Source of the DNA: Dehalococcoidia bacterium
Lineage (GTDB): Bacteria; Chloroflexota; Dehalococcoidia; Lucifugimonadales; DAOUAM01
NCBI GenBank assembly: GCA_034433305.1
Contig: DAOUAM010000028.1
Coordinates: 44,699-108,698 of the forward strand
DNA length: 64,000 nt
Direction: 5' to 3'
Positions within the stretch are counted from its first letter, which is position 1; each line of letters begins with the position of its first letter. Under the pieces are notes generated by a model. It was not told where the DNA came from, did not search any database, and saw only the letters and a list, made by a program, of their open reading frames with translations. Positions 18,857-28,173 of this stretch are shown piece after piece. Made by a program: the position numbers and the translations under genes.

Positions 18857-18887
18857 CCAAGGAGTCCGGCATTGCCGGACTCCTTGG
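18857..18887. repeat. Perfect 31-bp inverted repeat
   Basis: CCAAGGAGTCCGGCA-T-TGCCGGACTCCTTGG; no U-tract on either strand. Confidence 0.85.
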
Positions 18888-19065
18888 CCACACCAGCGGC
18901 CCTCACCAGGCCCACCACACCCGACGCGTCCTGCTTTCCTGTCTCCTACCTGGGCACTGCCAGGCCTTTCTCCAGTTATGGCACGCGCCCGGCGGGTTTG
19001 CTCTATAATACGCAGCGTCCAGAAGCAGCGCGGAGCACCAGCGCAATCCTAGCTATGGAGCCAGT

Positions 19066-20349
19066 ATGAGCAAGCTCAAGATTCGTGACGTGCGAGTGAT
19101 TCTTACGGAGCCGGACAACATTCGGCTGGTCATCGTCAAGGTAGAGACCACGGAGCCTGGGCTATACGGCGTTGGCTGCGCCACCTTCACGCAGCGGCCA
19201 ACGGCCGTCGCCACCGCCGTCAACGACTACCTCAAGCCATTCCTCCTGGGCAAAGACCCGGCGGACATTGAGGACATCTGGCAGTCGGCTTACGTGTCGT
19301 CCTACTGGCGCAACGGGCCGGTGCTGAACAACGCCCTGAGCGGCGTGGACCAGGCCCTGTGGGACATCAAGGGCAAGGTAGCCGGCATGCCCGTCCATGA
19401 CCTGCTGGGCGGGAAGGCCCGCGATGCCGCCGCCGTGTACGTGCACGCCAGCGGCCGCGATCCGGTGGAGGTCGAGGACAAGGTCCGGGCCTTCATGGAG
19501 CAGGGCTATCACTACATCCGAGTCCAGGTGGAGACGCCCGGCTACGCCACCTACGGAGTGCGAGGCGCCGCTGGCCCCTCGCCGGCGTCCCAGGACGGCC
19601 CAAGGGTCATCACGGACAGAGTGACCAGGTTCGACCCCAAGCTGCTCTACGCCCACCCGGGCGGCATATTCGAGCCGAGGCCCTACACCAGGTCAGTGCT
19701 GAAGCTCCTGGAGCACCTGCGCACCACCATCGGCTGGAACGTGGAGCTTCTGCACGACGTGCATGAGCGCATCCCGCCCATCATGGGCGTCGGGCTGGCC
19801 AAGGACGTGGAGCAGTTCAAGCTCTTCTTCCTGGAAGACCTCTTCGCGCCCGAGGACAACGAGTACTTCCGCATCGTGCGGCAGCAGACCAGCACGCCGC
19901 TGGCCATGGGCGAGCTATACAACAACCCCCACGAGTTTATCCCCATGGTCAAGGACCGCCTCATAGATTTCATGCGCGTCCACATCTCGCAGATAGGCGG
20001 CCTGACGCCTGCCCGCAAGCTGGCGGCGCTGTGCGAGGCCTTCAGCGTGCGGACGGCCTGGCATGGCCCTGGGGACACGTCGCCAGTGGGGCACGCGGCC
20101 AACCTGATGCTGGACGTCCACTGCTGGAACTTTGGCATCCAGGAGTACAGTATCTTCGGGGAGCGCACCAGGGAGGTGTTCCCGGGATGTCCGGAGGTGC
20201 GGGACGGCTACATGTGGCCCAACGGCAAGCCTGGCCTGGGCATAGATGTGGACGAGAAGCTGGCGGCCAGGTTCCCCTTCAAGGAAAGGGCCTTCGGGGG
20301 CGCCTGGGACACGGTGCGCCGGGCGGACGGCAGCGTGGTCAGGCCGTAG
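19066..20349 (+). CDS. Enolase-superfamily acid-sugar dehydratase, D-mannonate dehydratase (ManD/RspA) subgroup
   Basis: SSYWRNGPV, DIKGK, LLHDVHER, FFLEDLF, MGELY, AWHGPGD, GIQEY, C-terminal RRADGSVVRP. Confidence 0.9.
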   Translation: MSKLKIRDVRVILTEPDNIRLVIVKVETTEPGLYGVGCATFTQRPTAVATAVNDYLKPFLLGKDPADIEDIWQSAYVSSYWRNGPVLNNALSGVDQALWDIKGKVAGMPVHDLLGGKARDAAAVYVHASGRDPVEVEDKVRAFMEQGYHYIRVQVETPGYATYGVRGAAGPSPASQDGPRVITDRVTRFDPKLLYAHPGGIFEPRPYTRSVLKLLEHLRTTIGWNVELLHDVHERIPPIMGVGLAKDVEQFKLFFLEDLFAPEDNEYFRIVRQQTSTPLAMGELYNNPHEFIPMVKDRLIDFMRVHISQIGGLTPARKLAALCEAFSVRTAWHGPGDTSPVGHAANLMLDVHCWNFGIQEYSIFGERTREVFPGCPEVRDGYMWPNGKPGLGIDVDEKLAARFPFKERAFGGAWDTVRRADGSVVRP

Positions 20350-20354
20350 GCGGC

Positions 20355-21263
20355 CTACTGGACTCCTGGCGGCACGGGCCGCTCTTCCTTCAGGAAGCGC
20401 AGGAAGGCCCGCTGGGCCAGGGGCAGGTGCTTGTCCTTGCGGTAGAACACAGTCAGCGGACGCTGGCAGCGCCAGCCCTCTACGGCCAGCACCTTGATGA
20501 AGCCCGCAGTGGTATCGGGCATGACGCCAAACTTGGAAAGCATACCCAGCCCCAGGCCGGCGGCCACCGCCCTCTTGAGGGCCTCGTTGCTGCCCAACTC
20601 CATGACAGTCCTGACGGAGAGGCCGTGCGCCTTGAGACAGCCCTCGGCAGCGCGCCGGGTGGCCGAGCCAGGCTCCCGCAGAATGAAGTCCTGGCCTTCT
20701 ATGTCGGCTAGCGAAAGCCTGTCCCTGCCGGCCAGGGGATGGAAAGGCGCGGCAATCACCACTATCTCGTCCTGCACATAGGGGAAGGACTCCAGGCCCT
20801 CCATGTCCACCAGGGAGCCAGCCATTCCCATGTCCAACTCCCGGTTAATGATGCGTTCCACGATGGCCTGGGTGTTGGAGATAGTCAGCATGACCTCGAC
20901 GCCCGGGTAACGCTGGCGGAACTGGCCTATGACCCAGGGGAGTATGTACTCGCCCGGCGTGGTGCTGGAGCCAATGGTCAGCTTTCCGGCCTTGAGGCCC
21001 TGAATGTCCTGGACGGCAGTCTCCATCTCCTGGGCAAGGGAAAAGATGCGCTGGGTGTAGCTGAATACGGCCTGACCGGTGTCGGTGAGCTGCAGGCCAC
21101 GGCGCATCCTGTGCAGCAGGGCGCAGCCAAGGCTCTTCTCCAGCTCGCGTACCTGGATGGACACCGCAGGCTGGCTGATGGACAGCTCCTCGGCTGCCCT
21201 GGAGAAGCTGCCGAGCTTGGCTACCATGTGGAAGATGTAGAGCTGGTGGAAGTTAGCCATCAT
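20355..21263 (-). CDS. LysR-family transcriptional regulator (CysL-like)
   Basis: NFHQLYIF, SFSRAAEELSISQPAVSIQVRELE, LTIGSSTTPGEY, REPGSATR, MELGSNEA. Confidence 0.93.
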   Translation of the reverse strand: MMANFHQLYIFHMVAKLGSFSRAAEELSISQPAVSIQVRELEKSLGCALLHRMRRGLQLTDTGQAVFSYTQRIFSLAQEMETAVQDIQGLKAGKLTIGSSTTPGEYILPWVIGQFRQRYPGVEVMLTISNTQAIVERIINRELDMGMAGSLVDMEGLESFPYVQDEIVVIAAPFHPLAGRDRLSLADIEGQDFILREPGSATRRAAEGCLKAHGLSVRTVMELGSNEALKRAVAAGLGLGMLSKFGVMPDTTAGFIKVLAVEGWRCQRPLTVFYRKDKHLPLAQRAFLRFLKEERPVPPGVQ

Positions 21264-21382
21264 AATTTAAGGCGACGCTTATACCAACCAGACCCAGGAC
21301 TTATAGCACATTATACTACAAATGCCGCTGCAACAGGGTACTTCTGGCACCAGATGGCACGAGTGCCTGGCGGCCCTGTGGC

Positions 21383-21410
21383 TTGACATCCCCGGCCTAT
21401 ACGCTACAAT
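21383..21410 (+). promoter_or_regulatory. Sigma70-type promoter for the Yip1 gene
   Basis: TTGACA (21383-21388), 16 nt, TACAAT (21405-21410). Confidence 0.7.
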
Positions 21411-21441
21411 CGCGCCAGACCAATGCTGACTGGAAGGGCCA

Positions 21442-21960
21442 ATGCTAGCTAGAGCAGTCAGGGCCGCTCTGTTTGACCGCCAGGCCTATCGTGGCCTGGG
21501 AGAGGACCCTGTCGGGGGGCTGAACGCCATGGGGACTGTCGCCGTGGCCGCCGTGGCCCTTGGCCTGGGCATGTGGAGCACCGCATCCCGTGCCCAGGGA
21601 GTCAGCCCCGCCATAGTGATGCTCCTGGCCATCAGCACCATCGCGCTGGGCTGGGTGGTGTGGACTGCCATGGCCTACCTGCTGGGGACGTGGCTGCTGG
21701 GCGGCAGGGCCAGCTACCGCCAACTGCTGCGCGCCATCGGGCTGAGCTACGGGCCTGGAGCGCTTCTGGTGCTCATGGCCGTGCCCTTCGCCGGGGTGGC
21801 CTTCTTCTACGCGGCCACCCTGTGGGTAATGGTAGCCGGCGTCGTCGCAGTGAGGGAAGCGCAGGGCTTCAGCCTGCTCAAAGCGTTCATCCCCGGCGTC
21901 GCAGGGTGGTACGTGGCCTTCTTCATACTGCCGTCCCTGGTCTTTCAGAGCCTGGTATAG
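21442..21960 (+). CDS. Yip1-domain membrane protein
   Basis: MLARAVRAALFD, five hydrophobic segments, LLGGRASYRQLLRAIGLSYGP. Confidence 0.75.
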   Translation: MLARAVRAALFDRQAYRGLGEDPVGGLNAMGTVAVAAVALGLGMWSTASRAQGVSPAIVMLLAISTIALGWVVWTAMAYLLGTWLLGGRASYRQLLRAIGLSYGPGALLVLMAVPFAGVAFFYAATLWVMVAGVVAVREAQGFSLLKAFIPGVAGWYVAFFILPSLVFQSLV

Positions 21961-22750
21961 CGCCCAGGTATGCACGGACAGCCTCGGCCCGTGGGCCAAG
22001 CAGCCGCATGACGTTGCTGGTGGTCACCTGCTCGACCTCCTCCTCGGAGACCCCCTTGAGTCCTGCCAGCTTCCGGGCGATGTCCCGCAGGTGGCGCGGC
22101 TCTGTCCAGTTCTCACGCCTGGGCTTGAAGGGCTGAGGCGCGGAGTCCGTCTCCAGGACAATGGCCTCCAGCGGCAGTCCGGCGGCCACCTGCTGAAGGT
22201 GGGGGAGCCTGAGCAGCGGCCTGGCCAGGGAGATGTAGAACCCCAGGTCCATGACCTTGCGGGCCGTCGCCTCGTCGGCCTGGAAATAATGCATGACGCC
22301 GCCGACAGTGTAGGCCCGCTCCTCCTTCAGGACGCGCAGCGTCTCATCGTGGGCCTCCCGCGTGTGAAATATGATGGGCAGCTTCAACTCCAGCGCCAGT
22401 CTGATCTGCTGACGGAAAGCGTCGTACTGCCAGGCCCTGTCCGGCGCACCCTCCATGAAATCGAGGCCTATCTCGCTCATGACCAGGACTTTGTCCGAGG
22501 AGGTCGCCAACTGCCGCAACTGCTCGCAGGTCGCATCGTCCACCGGCCCGCGCATGTCCATGGGATGTATGCCAACGCCAGAAAAGAAGGGGACGAACCT
22601 GCGGGAAAGCTCGATGGAGCGCCGTGAGGACTCTACGGTGGTGCCAGCGCAGACCACGAAGCCCACGCCGGCGCTGGCGGCCCGCGCCAGGACTTCGCCT
22701 ACCTCGTCGTCGCTGAAGGAGTCCAGGTGTACGTGGGTGTCCACCAACAT
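21923..22750 (-). CDS. tatD: TatD-family deoxyribonuclease
   Basis: LVDTHVHLD, GVGIHP, SEIGLD, PIIFHTRE, GVMHYF, IVLETDS. Confidence 0.93.
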   Translation of the reverse strand: MLVDTHVHLDSFSDDEVGEVLARAASAGVGFVVCAGTTVESSRRSIELSRRFVPFFSGVGIHPMDMRGPVDDATCEQLRQLATSSDKVLVMSEIGLDFMEGAPDRAWQYDAFRQQIRLALELKLPIIFHTREAHDETLRVLKEERAYTVGGVMHYFQADEATARKVMDLGFYISLARPLLRLPHLQQVAAGLPLEAIVLETDSAPQPFKPRRENWTEPRHLRDIARKLAGLKGVSEEEVEQVTTSNVMRLLGPRAEAVRAYLGAIPGSERPGTAV

Positions 22751-22875
22751 ATGGTATCCTGAGGGTGGAAAACTGCTGGCAAGCGCGTTTACGTTGGATT
22801 ATACTACGAGTCCGTTGACGCAAGTTGGAAAAGACCCAAGACTCAGGCCGCTGGCCCTCGTTCCCGGGGGAAGCC

Positions 22876-23865
22876 ATGAAGGGCAGGCTCTTTGACCTAC
22901 TGAGGCTCGTGGCAGGACTGGCCGCCAGCGTGGGCCTGGGGTGGCTGGCTGTGCGGGGACTGGACTGGGGCCTGGTCGCCTCGGAGCTGCGAGGCGTCTC
23001 TATCGTTGCCATGCTCCTGTCGCTGGCCATATTCATCCTGGCCAGTGTGCTCAGGGCCTACCGCTGGCAACTGCTCTTCGTTAAGGAAAGAATCCCTGTC
23101 CTGCGCCTGTTCGTAGTCCAGAACGAGGGGATTGGCCTTAACAACCTGGTGCCGGTACGCGTTGCCAGCGAGGCCACCCAGCTTGCCGTGCTGTCCATCC
23201 GCGACCGGGTGGACCCCACCATCGCGCTGGCGACGCTGGGCATGGAGCGCGTCATTGACGTCATCGCCAGCACCATGCTTCTGGGCATCGCCTTCTTCCT
23301 GGTCCCGCAGATGAAGCACTTTACCCTGTACGTGTGGGGGGCCATCGGCTTCACGGTAGTGGCGGTGGCGCTTGTCAGGTTCCTGTCCTGGGGCAGCGAG
23401 GCCCTGGCCTTCATCCAGCGGATCCGGTTCCTGGCCGAGTTCGCCACCGCCGTGAAGGACCTGGAGCGGGAGCGGGGGCGGCTGGCGGCTTCACTGCTGG
23501 TCAGCTTCTGCTACTGGATTCTCATCGGAGTATGCACTTGGACCATAGCTGTCGCCATGGACCTGTCCATCTCGCCCATCACAGCGACGCTGGTAATCCT
23601 GGGCACCATCTTCTTCGCCACGGCGGTGCCGGCGGCGCCCAGCGCCCTGGGCACCTTCGAGTTCGCGGTGGTGTACGTCCTTTCCTACTTCGGCGTGGAG
23701 CGGGAGGCGGGCTTCGGCTTCGCGGTGCTGACTCACGCGGTGCTCTTCCTGCCACCCACGGTCATAGCCGTCCTCTTCCTGCCCAGGGAGGGCCTGATGT
23801 CCATGGAACGAGTGCGCCGGCTGGCCGCCAGGGTCGCCGGAGCAGGGCATACGCCGGCCCACTGA
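22876..23865 (+). CDS. Lysylphosphatidylglycerol-synthase-TM / UPF0104 flippase-like membrane protein
   Basis: LRAYRWQLL, LNNLVPVRVASE, LGMERVID, PAAPSALGTFE; multiple TM helices; ATG 22876. Confidence 0.85.
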   Translation: MKGRLFDLLRLVAGLAASVGLGWLAVRGLDWGLVASELRGVSIVAMLLSLAIFILASVLRAYRWQLLFVKERIPVLRLFVVQNEGIGLNNLVPVRVASEATQLAVLSIRDRVDPTIALATLGMERVIDVIASTMLLGIAFFLVPQMKHFTLYVWGAIGFTVVAVALVRFLSWGSEALAFIQRIRFLAEFATAVKDLERERGRLAASLLVSFCYWILIGVCTWTIAVAMDLSISPITATLVILGTIFFATAVPAAPSALGTFEFAVVYVLSYFGVEREAGFGFAVLTHAVLFLPPTVIAVLFLPREGLMSMERVRRLAARVAGAGHTPAH

Positions 23866-25610
23866 TAGCCCTGCTGGCCGTGCTGGCGGTGCTGGCCGCC
23901 ACAAGCTGCGCCCGCGAGCAGCCCACGGCCCCCACCGCCACCAACCCCGTTCCCAGCGCGACGCCAACGGCTGCTCCCACGCCCTCGGCCACGGCGACAC
24001 CGCCGGTGCCGCCGGCCACACCAACCACCATCCCCACAGCCTCCCCAACCGCGCCGGCCCAGCAGCCAACCGCGACGCCTGTCCCGGCCACACCCACACC
24101 AGCCCCGCCTGGCGAAACTAGACACGGCGGCACGCTGGCCCTGGCGGGCAGGGAGGATATAGCTCACTACGACGTCCACCAGGAAGTGTCACCAGCCTTG
24201 TCCACCTGGGGGCCGGGCATCATCTACAGCCGCATGCTGCGCTTCAAGTCGGGCCCTGACGTGGTGCTGCCCAGCCTGGCCGTGGAGTGCGAGCTATGCG
24301 AAAGCTGGGTGATGGAGGACGCCAGGACCTTCGTGTTCAGGCTGCGCCACGGAGTCCGCTGGCAGAATACAGGCCCTGTCAATGGCCGGGGACTGACTGC
24401 CGCCGACGTGGAGTTCAGCTACAACCGCCAGCGCCAGCAGGGCTGGCCCAACGCGCCGCTGCTGCAGACCATCGAGACTGTCGAGGCGCTGGGCCAGGAC
24501 AGCGTGAGGATAGGTCTGAAAGTGCCAGACGCGGACTTCCTGCTCTCCCTGGCCGACGGACACTCCAAGATTGTCGCGCCGGAAGCGGTCGCGGTCAACG
24601 GCGACCTCCAGGACGGCCCCAACGCAGGCTCAGGCCCGTGGGTACTCACAGGCACAAGCTCCTCAGGTAGCCATACTTTTGCCCGGAACCCGGACTACTT
24701 CGAGCCAGGGCTGCCCTACCTGGACGCCCTGACCATTCACATTATCCCTGACCCGGACACCAGGGCGGCGGCCTTCAGGGTCGGCACCATAGACGTGCTG
24801 GACCTGGGACCGCAAGAGTGGCACGAGCTGGGGCTGCAGCGTCCTGACCTCCAGGGCCTACTGGTGCCGGAGCCTGGCGTGGGGCTTGAGCTTGCGCTGA
24901 AGACGACGCGGGCGCCCCTGGACAACCTGGCCGTGCGGCAGGCCATCTTCCAGGCCATGGACCCGTGGAAGGCCGCCCAGGAGATATGGCAGGGCGCCGC
25001 CTACCAGGGTACAGGTGTGCCGCCGGCGGCGCCCGGGTGGCTGCTGCCAGAGTCGGAGTTGAGGCAGCACCTGGGACAGCCAGAAGAGGCCCGACGTCTG
25101 CTGCAAGCCGCCGGAGTGACCGCGCCAGTGCCCCTGGCCATCAGGGTAGGTGACTTCGGCGAGGCTTACGAGGCCCACGCCCAGCGCGTGGCGGAGGAGC
25201 TGCGGGCTGTGGGCTTTGACCCCACCTTGGAGGTGGTGAACCGCCAGGTCTTTGGCGAGGAGGTGTGGCTCGGAGGCCAGTACCAGATGTTCCTTGGGCC
25301 GGTCGCTCCCGTGGTCAGGCCCAACGACTATCTGCTAGGGGTGCTGCACAGCCGGGGGGCATGGAACACCGCCGGCTACCGCAGTCCTGTGCTGGACGGC
25401 CTCATCGAGGCGCAGGCCCGCGAGTACGACCCGCTGGAGAGGCAACGCCTGGCCCTGGAGGTGCAGCGCCACGTACTGGCCAAGGCCTTCCGCTTCATGC
25501 CGGCTGGCCGCGTGTCCATCTGGACGTGGGCCCCCAGGGTGCGCGACTTTCATCCCAACTTCGCCGGCTACGAGTACGCCTTCTGGGCCAGGGTGTGGGT
25601 ATCAGGCTAG
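23862..25610 (+). CDS. ABC transporter substrate-binding lipoprotein, family 5 (peptide/nickel), with Pro/Thr linker; start codon uncertain
   Basis: LIALLAVLAVLAATSC lipobox, PT-rich linker, HGGTL, PSLAVECELCESW, FRLRHGVRWQN, GSGPWVL, ARNPDYF, PYLD. No in-frame ATG near the signal peptide; CTG at 23862 is proposed. Confidence 0.85.
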   Translation: MIALLAVLAVLAATSCAREQPTAPTATNPVPSATPTAAPTPSATATPPVPPATPTTIPTASPTAPAQQPTATPVPATPTPAPPGETRHGGTLALAGREDIAHYDVHQEVSPALSTWGPGIIYSRMLRFKSGPDVVLPSLAVECELCESWVMEDARTFVFRLRHGVRWQNTGPVNGRGLTAADVEFSYNRQRQQGWPNAPLLQTIETVEALGQDSVRIGLKVPDADFLLSLADGHSKIVAPEAVAVNGDLQDGPNAGSGPWVLTGTSSSGSHTFARNPDYFEPGLPYLDALTIHIIPDPDTRAAAFRVGTIDVLDLGPQEWHELGLQRPDLQGLLVPEPGVGLELALKTTRAPLDNLAVRQAIFQAMDPWKAAQEIWQGAAYQGTGVPPAAPGWLLPESELRQHLGQPEEARRLLQAAGVTAPVPLAIRVGDFGEAYEAHAQRVAEELRAVGFDPTLEVVNRQVFGEEVWLGGQYQMFLGPVAPVVRPNDYLLGVLHSRGAWNTAGYRSPVLDGLIEAQAREYDPLERQRLALEVQRHVLAKAFRFMPAGRVSIWTWAPRVRDFHPNFAGYEYAFWARVWVSG

Positions 25611-25614
25611 CTGG

Positions 25615-26061
25615 CTACCGGTGTTGCCGCCTGTAGTCCTCAATGCCCTCCTCCAGGGTGGACCAGGCCAGCAGGGCGCACTTTATGCGGACGGGGTAGC
25701 GCTGGACCTCTTCCAGGGCTTTGAGTTCGCCCAGCCGCTCGTCCGCGGGCGCGACGCCACTCATCATGGCGCGGAAGAGGCGGGCGATGTCCTCTGCCTC
25801 GGAGAGGGTCTTGTGGGCGATGGCCTCGGTCAGCATGGAGCCGGAGGCCTGGTTGATGGAGCAGCCCTTGCCCTGTAGCCCCACATGGGCCACTCGCCCC
25901 TGGCCGTCCAGGGCAATCTGCAGGTGTACCTCATCGCCGCAGAAGGGGTTTACTCCATCGGCCCGGATGTCTGGGGCCGGGACCTCCTCCCGGTTACGCG
26001 GGTGTCGGCAGTGGTCCAGGATGACCTCACTGTAAAGCTCATCGAGTTCGCGGGACTCCAT
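25615..26061 (-). CDS. sufU: SUF-system SufU (IscU-like) sulfur-transfer protein, copy 2
   Basis: LYSEVILDH, NPFCGD, GCSINQASGS, RIKCALL. Confidence 0.93.
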   Translation of the reverse strand: MESRELDELYSEVILDHCRHPRNREEVPAPDIRADGVNPFCGDEVHLQIALDGQGRVAHVGLQGKGCSINQASGSMLTEAIAHKTLSEAEDIARLFRAMMSGVAPADERLGELKALEEVQRYPVRIKCALLAWSTLEEGIEDYRRQHR

Positions 26062-27283
26062 GCACAAAGTACCTCAGGGCCTGCTTCAGGGCGTCCACCA
26101 GGGCGTCAACCTCCTCCTCAGTATTATAGAGGTAGAAGCTGGCTCTGGCAGTAGCAATCAGGCCCAGAGTCCGCATGAGGGGCATGGTACAGTGATGGCC
26201 AGTCCTGATGGCGATGCCGTACCTGTCCAGGAAGGTTCCCAGGTCGTGGGGGTGCACCTCCTCGCAGTGGAAGGGCATGATGCCGCCGCGAATGCTCACG
26301 TCCCTGGGGCCGAGGAGGTCCAGCTCCTCCAGTTCCTTGAAGGCATCCAGGGCGTACTGAGTAAGCTGCATCTCATGCTGGCGGATGTTCTCCATGCCCA
26401 GGCCCTGCAGGTAGTCCACGGCGGCGCCCAGGGCTATGGCATCCGCGATATTAGGCGTGCCGGCCTCGAAGCGCATGGGGAGCTCATTCCAGGTGGCGCG
26501 GTCGAACCAGACCTCCAGCACCATCTCGCCGCCCGTCAGGAAAGGCTCCATCTCCTCCAGCACGTCGCGGCGGGTGTACAGCACGCCGATGCCCGTCGGC
26601 CCCAGCATCTTGTGGCCCGAGAAGGCGAGGAAGTCGCAGTCCAGGCCACGTACGTCCGTGGGCATGTGGGGGACGCTCTGGGCGCCATCTACCAGCACCC
26701 TGGCACCCACGGCGCGGGCCCTGGCCGCCAGCTCCTTCACAGGGTTAATGGTGCCCAGGGAGTTGGACATGTGGACAATGGCCAGGAGCTTGGTCCTGGG
26801 CGTGATGATAGAGTCCACGTCCGAGAGGTCCAGGGTGCCTTCCCTGGTCAGTGGGAGGAACTTGAGGATGGCGCCTGCCTCCCTGGCCGCCTTCTGCCAG
26901 GGCACCAGGTTGCTGTGGTGCTCCATCTTAGTGAGCACTATCTCGTCGCCGGGCTTGAGGTTCTCCCTGGCCCAGGTGCTGGCAACCAGGTTGATGGCCT
27001 CGGTGGTGTTGCGCGTCCAGATAATAGTCTCGGGGGCCTCGGCGTTGATGAAGCGCGCGACCTTCTGGCGCGCCTCCTCGTACTTGTCGGTGGCCTCCAT
27101 GCTCAGGGCATGGACGCCACGATGGACGTTGGCGTTATAGTCCTCGTAATACCGCGTCAGCGTCTCGATGACGCTGCGGGGCTTCTGGGAAGTGGCAGCG
27201 TTGTCCAGATAGACCAGGGGCCTGCCATAGACCTTCCTGGACAGGATGGGGAAGTCTTCCCTGATCTTTTTGACGTCCAGCAT
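26039..27283 (-). CDS. sufS: Cysteine desulfurase, SufS group
   Basis: YLDNAATSQKP, EHHSNLVPW, DGAQSVPH, FSGHKMLGPTG, EAGTP, RTGHHCTMP. Confidence 0.97.
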   Translation of the reverse strand: MLDVKKIREDFPILSRKVYGRPLVYLDNAATSQKPRSVIETLTRYYEDYNANVHRGVHALSMEATDKYEEARQKVARFINAEAPETIIWTRNTTEAINLVASTWARENLKPGDEIVLTKMEHHSNLVPWQKAAREAGAILKFLPLTREGTLDLSDVDSIITPRTKLLAIVHMSNSLGTINPVKELAARARAVGARVLVDGAQSVPHMPTDVRGLDCDFLAFSGHKMLGPTGIGVLYTRRDVLEEMEPFLTGGEMVLEVWFDRATWNELPMRFEAGTPNIADAIALGAAVDYLQGLGMENIRQHEMQLTQYALDAFKELEELDLLGPRDVSIRGGIMPFHCEEVHPHDLGTFLDRYGIAIRTGHHCTMPLMRTLGLIATARASFYLYNTEEEVDALVDALKQALRYFVHGVPRTR

Positions 27284-27355
27284 ATCGTTTACCCCTCGCC
27301 AGCCAGCAGCGCCTGGCTGACATACGCATGGCCGCGCTGGGCCATAGCCAGCAGG

Positions 27356-27661
27356 CTAGACCTCGACCTCGACATCACCGCCATTGACACGCACCTTGAA
27401 GGTCTCCACCGGCAACACCGCAGGGAGCGACGTGACCTCGCCCGTGCGGACATCGAACCTGGCGCCGTGGCGCGGGCATTCGACCTCGAAGCCATCAATC
27501 TCGCCCTCGCCCAGTGGCCCCTCGTCGTGGGTGCAGACGTCATCAATGGCGTAGAAGCTGCCGCCCACGTTGCAGACCGCCACCGAGCGGCCATTGACCT
27601 CGAAGGTCTTGACCGTGCCCGGCGCTATATCCGATACCTTGGCTACCTTTACGAACGCCAT
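27356..27661 (-). CDS. Rieske [2Fe-2S] ferredoxin
   Basis: CTH...CPRH ligand motifs, FDVRTG; ATG 27661. Confidence 0.92.
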   Translation of the reverse strand: MAFVKVAKVSDIAPGTVKTFEVNGRSVAVCNVGGSFYAIDDVCTHDEGPLGEGEIDGFEVECPRHGARFDVRTGEVTSLPAVLPVETFKVRVNGGDVEVEV

Positions 27662-27705
27662 AGCTAGCCCTCTAACGCAAGAGTCGCCAGTGCCACCAGG
27701 CGGCG

Positions 27706-28152
27706 TCACGCGCTCTGCTCGAGCTGACTGGCTGCCTCCTGGCTGGCCTTTATGCGCTCAACAAGGTTGGCGATGCTGGTGGCATCCAGGATGGCGCGGA
27801 CGGCGTCCTCGACCACCTTCCAGATCTCCCTCTGGGCGCAGGAGGAGAACTGGCCGCAGACGCCAAAGTCGTCCAGGCAGTTCACCGGCGTCTGGCTGCC
27901 TCCCAGATAGGTCATCACCATGCCCATGCTGATCTCGGAAGGGTCCATGGCCAGCACATGGCCGCCCTGTGGGCCGCGGAAGCTCCGCACCAGCCCATGC
28001 TTGCCGAGTATGTTCAGCAGGCGCGCCAGGTAAGGCTCCGGTATCCCTTTCCGCTGTGCAATGTCCGACGTGTGGACAGGGCCCTGGCCGGCATGTTCGG
28101 CCAGGTCCACCAGCGCCCGCACGCCATAGTCAACCTGAATCGGAATGTGCAT
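27706..28152 (-). CDS. Rrf2-family transcriptional regulator with three C-terminal Cys (IscR/SufR-like)
   Basis: VDYGVRAL, IPEPYLARLL, SFRGPQGG, C-x6-C-x5-C. Confidence 0.92.
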   Translation of the reverse strand: MHIPIQVDYGVRALVDLAEHAGQGPVHTSDIAQRKGIPEPYLARLLNILGKHGLVRSFRGPQGGHVLAMDPSEISMGMVMTYLGGSQTPVNCLDDFGVCGQFSSCAQREIWKVVEDAVRAILDATSIANLVERIKASQEAASQLEQSA

Positions 28153-28173
28153 GGCCAATCCCCCAGCCCGGAC

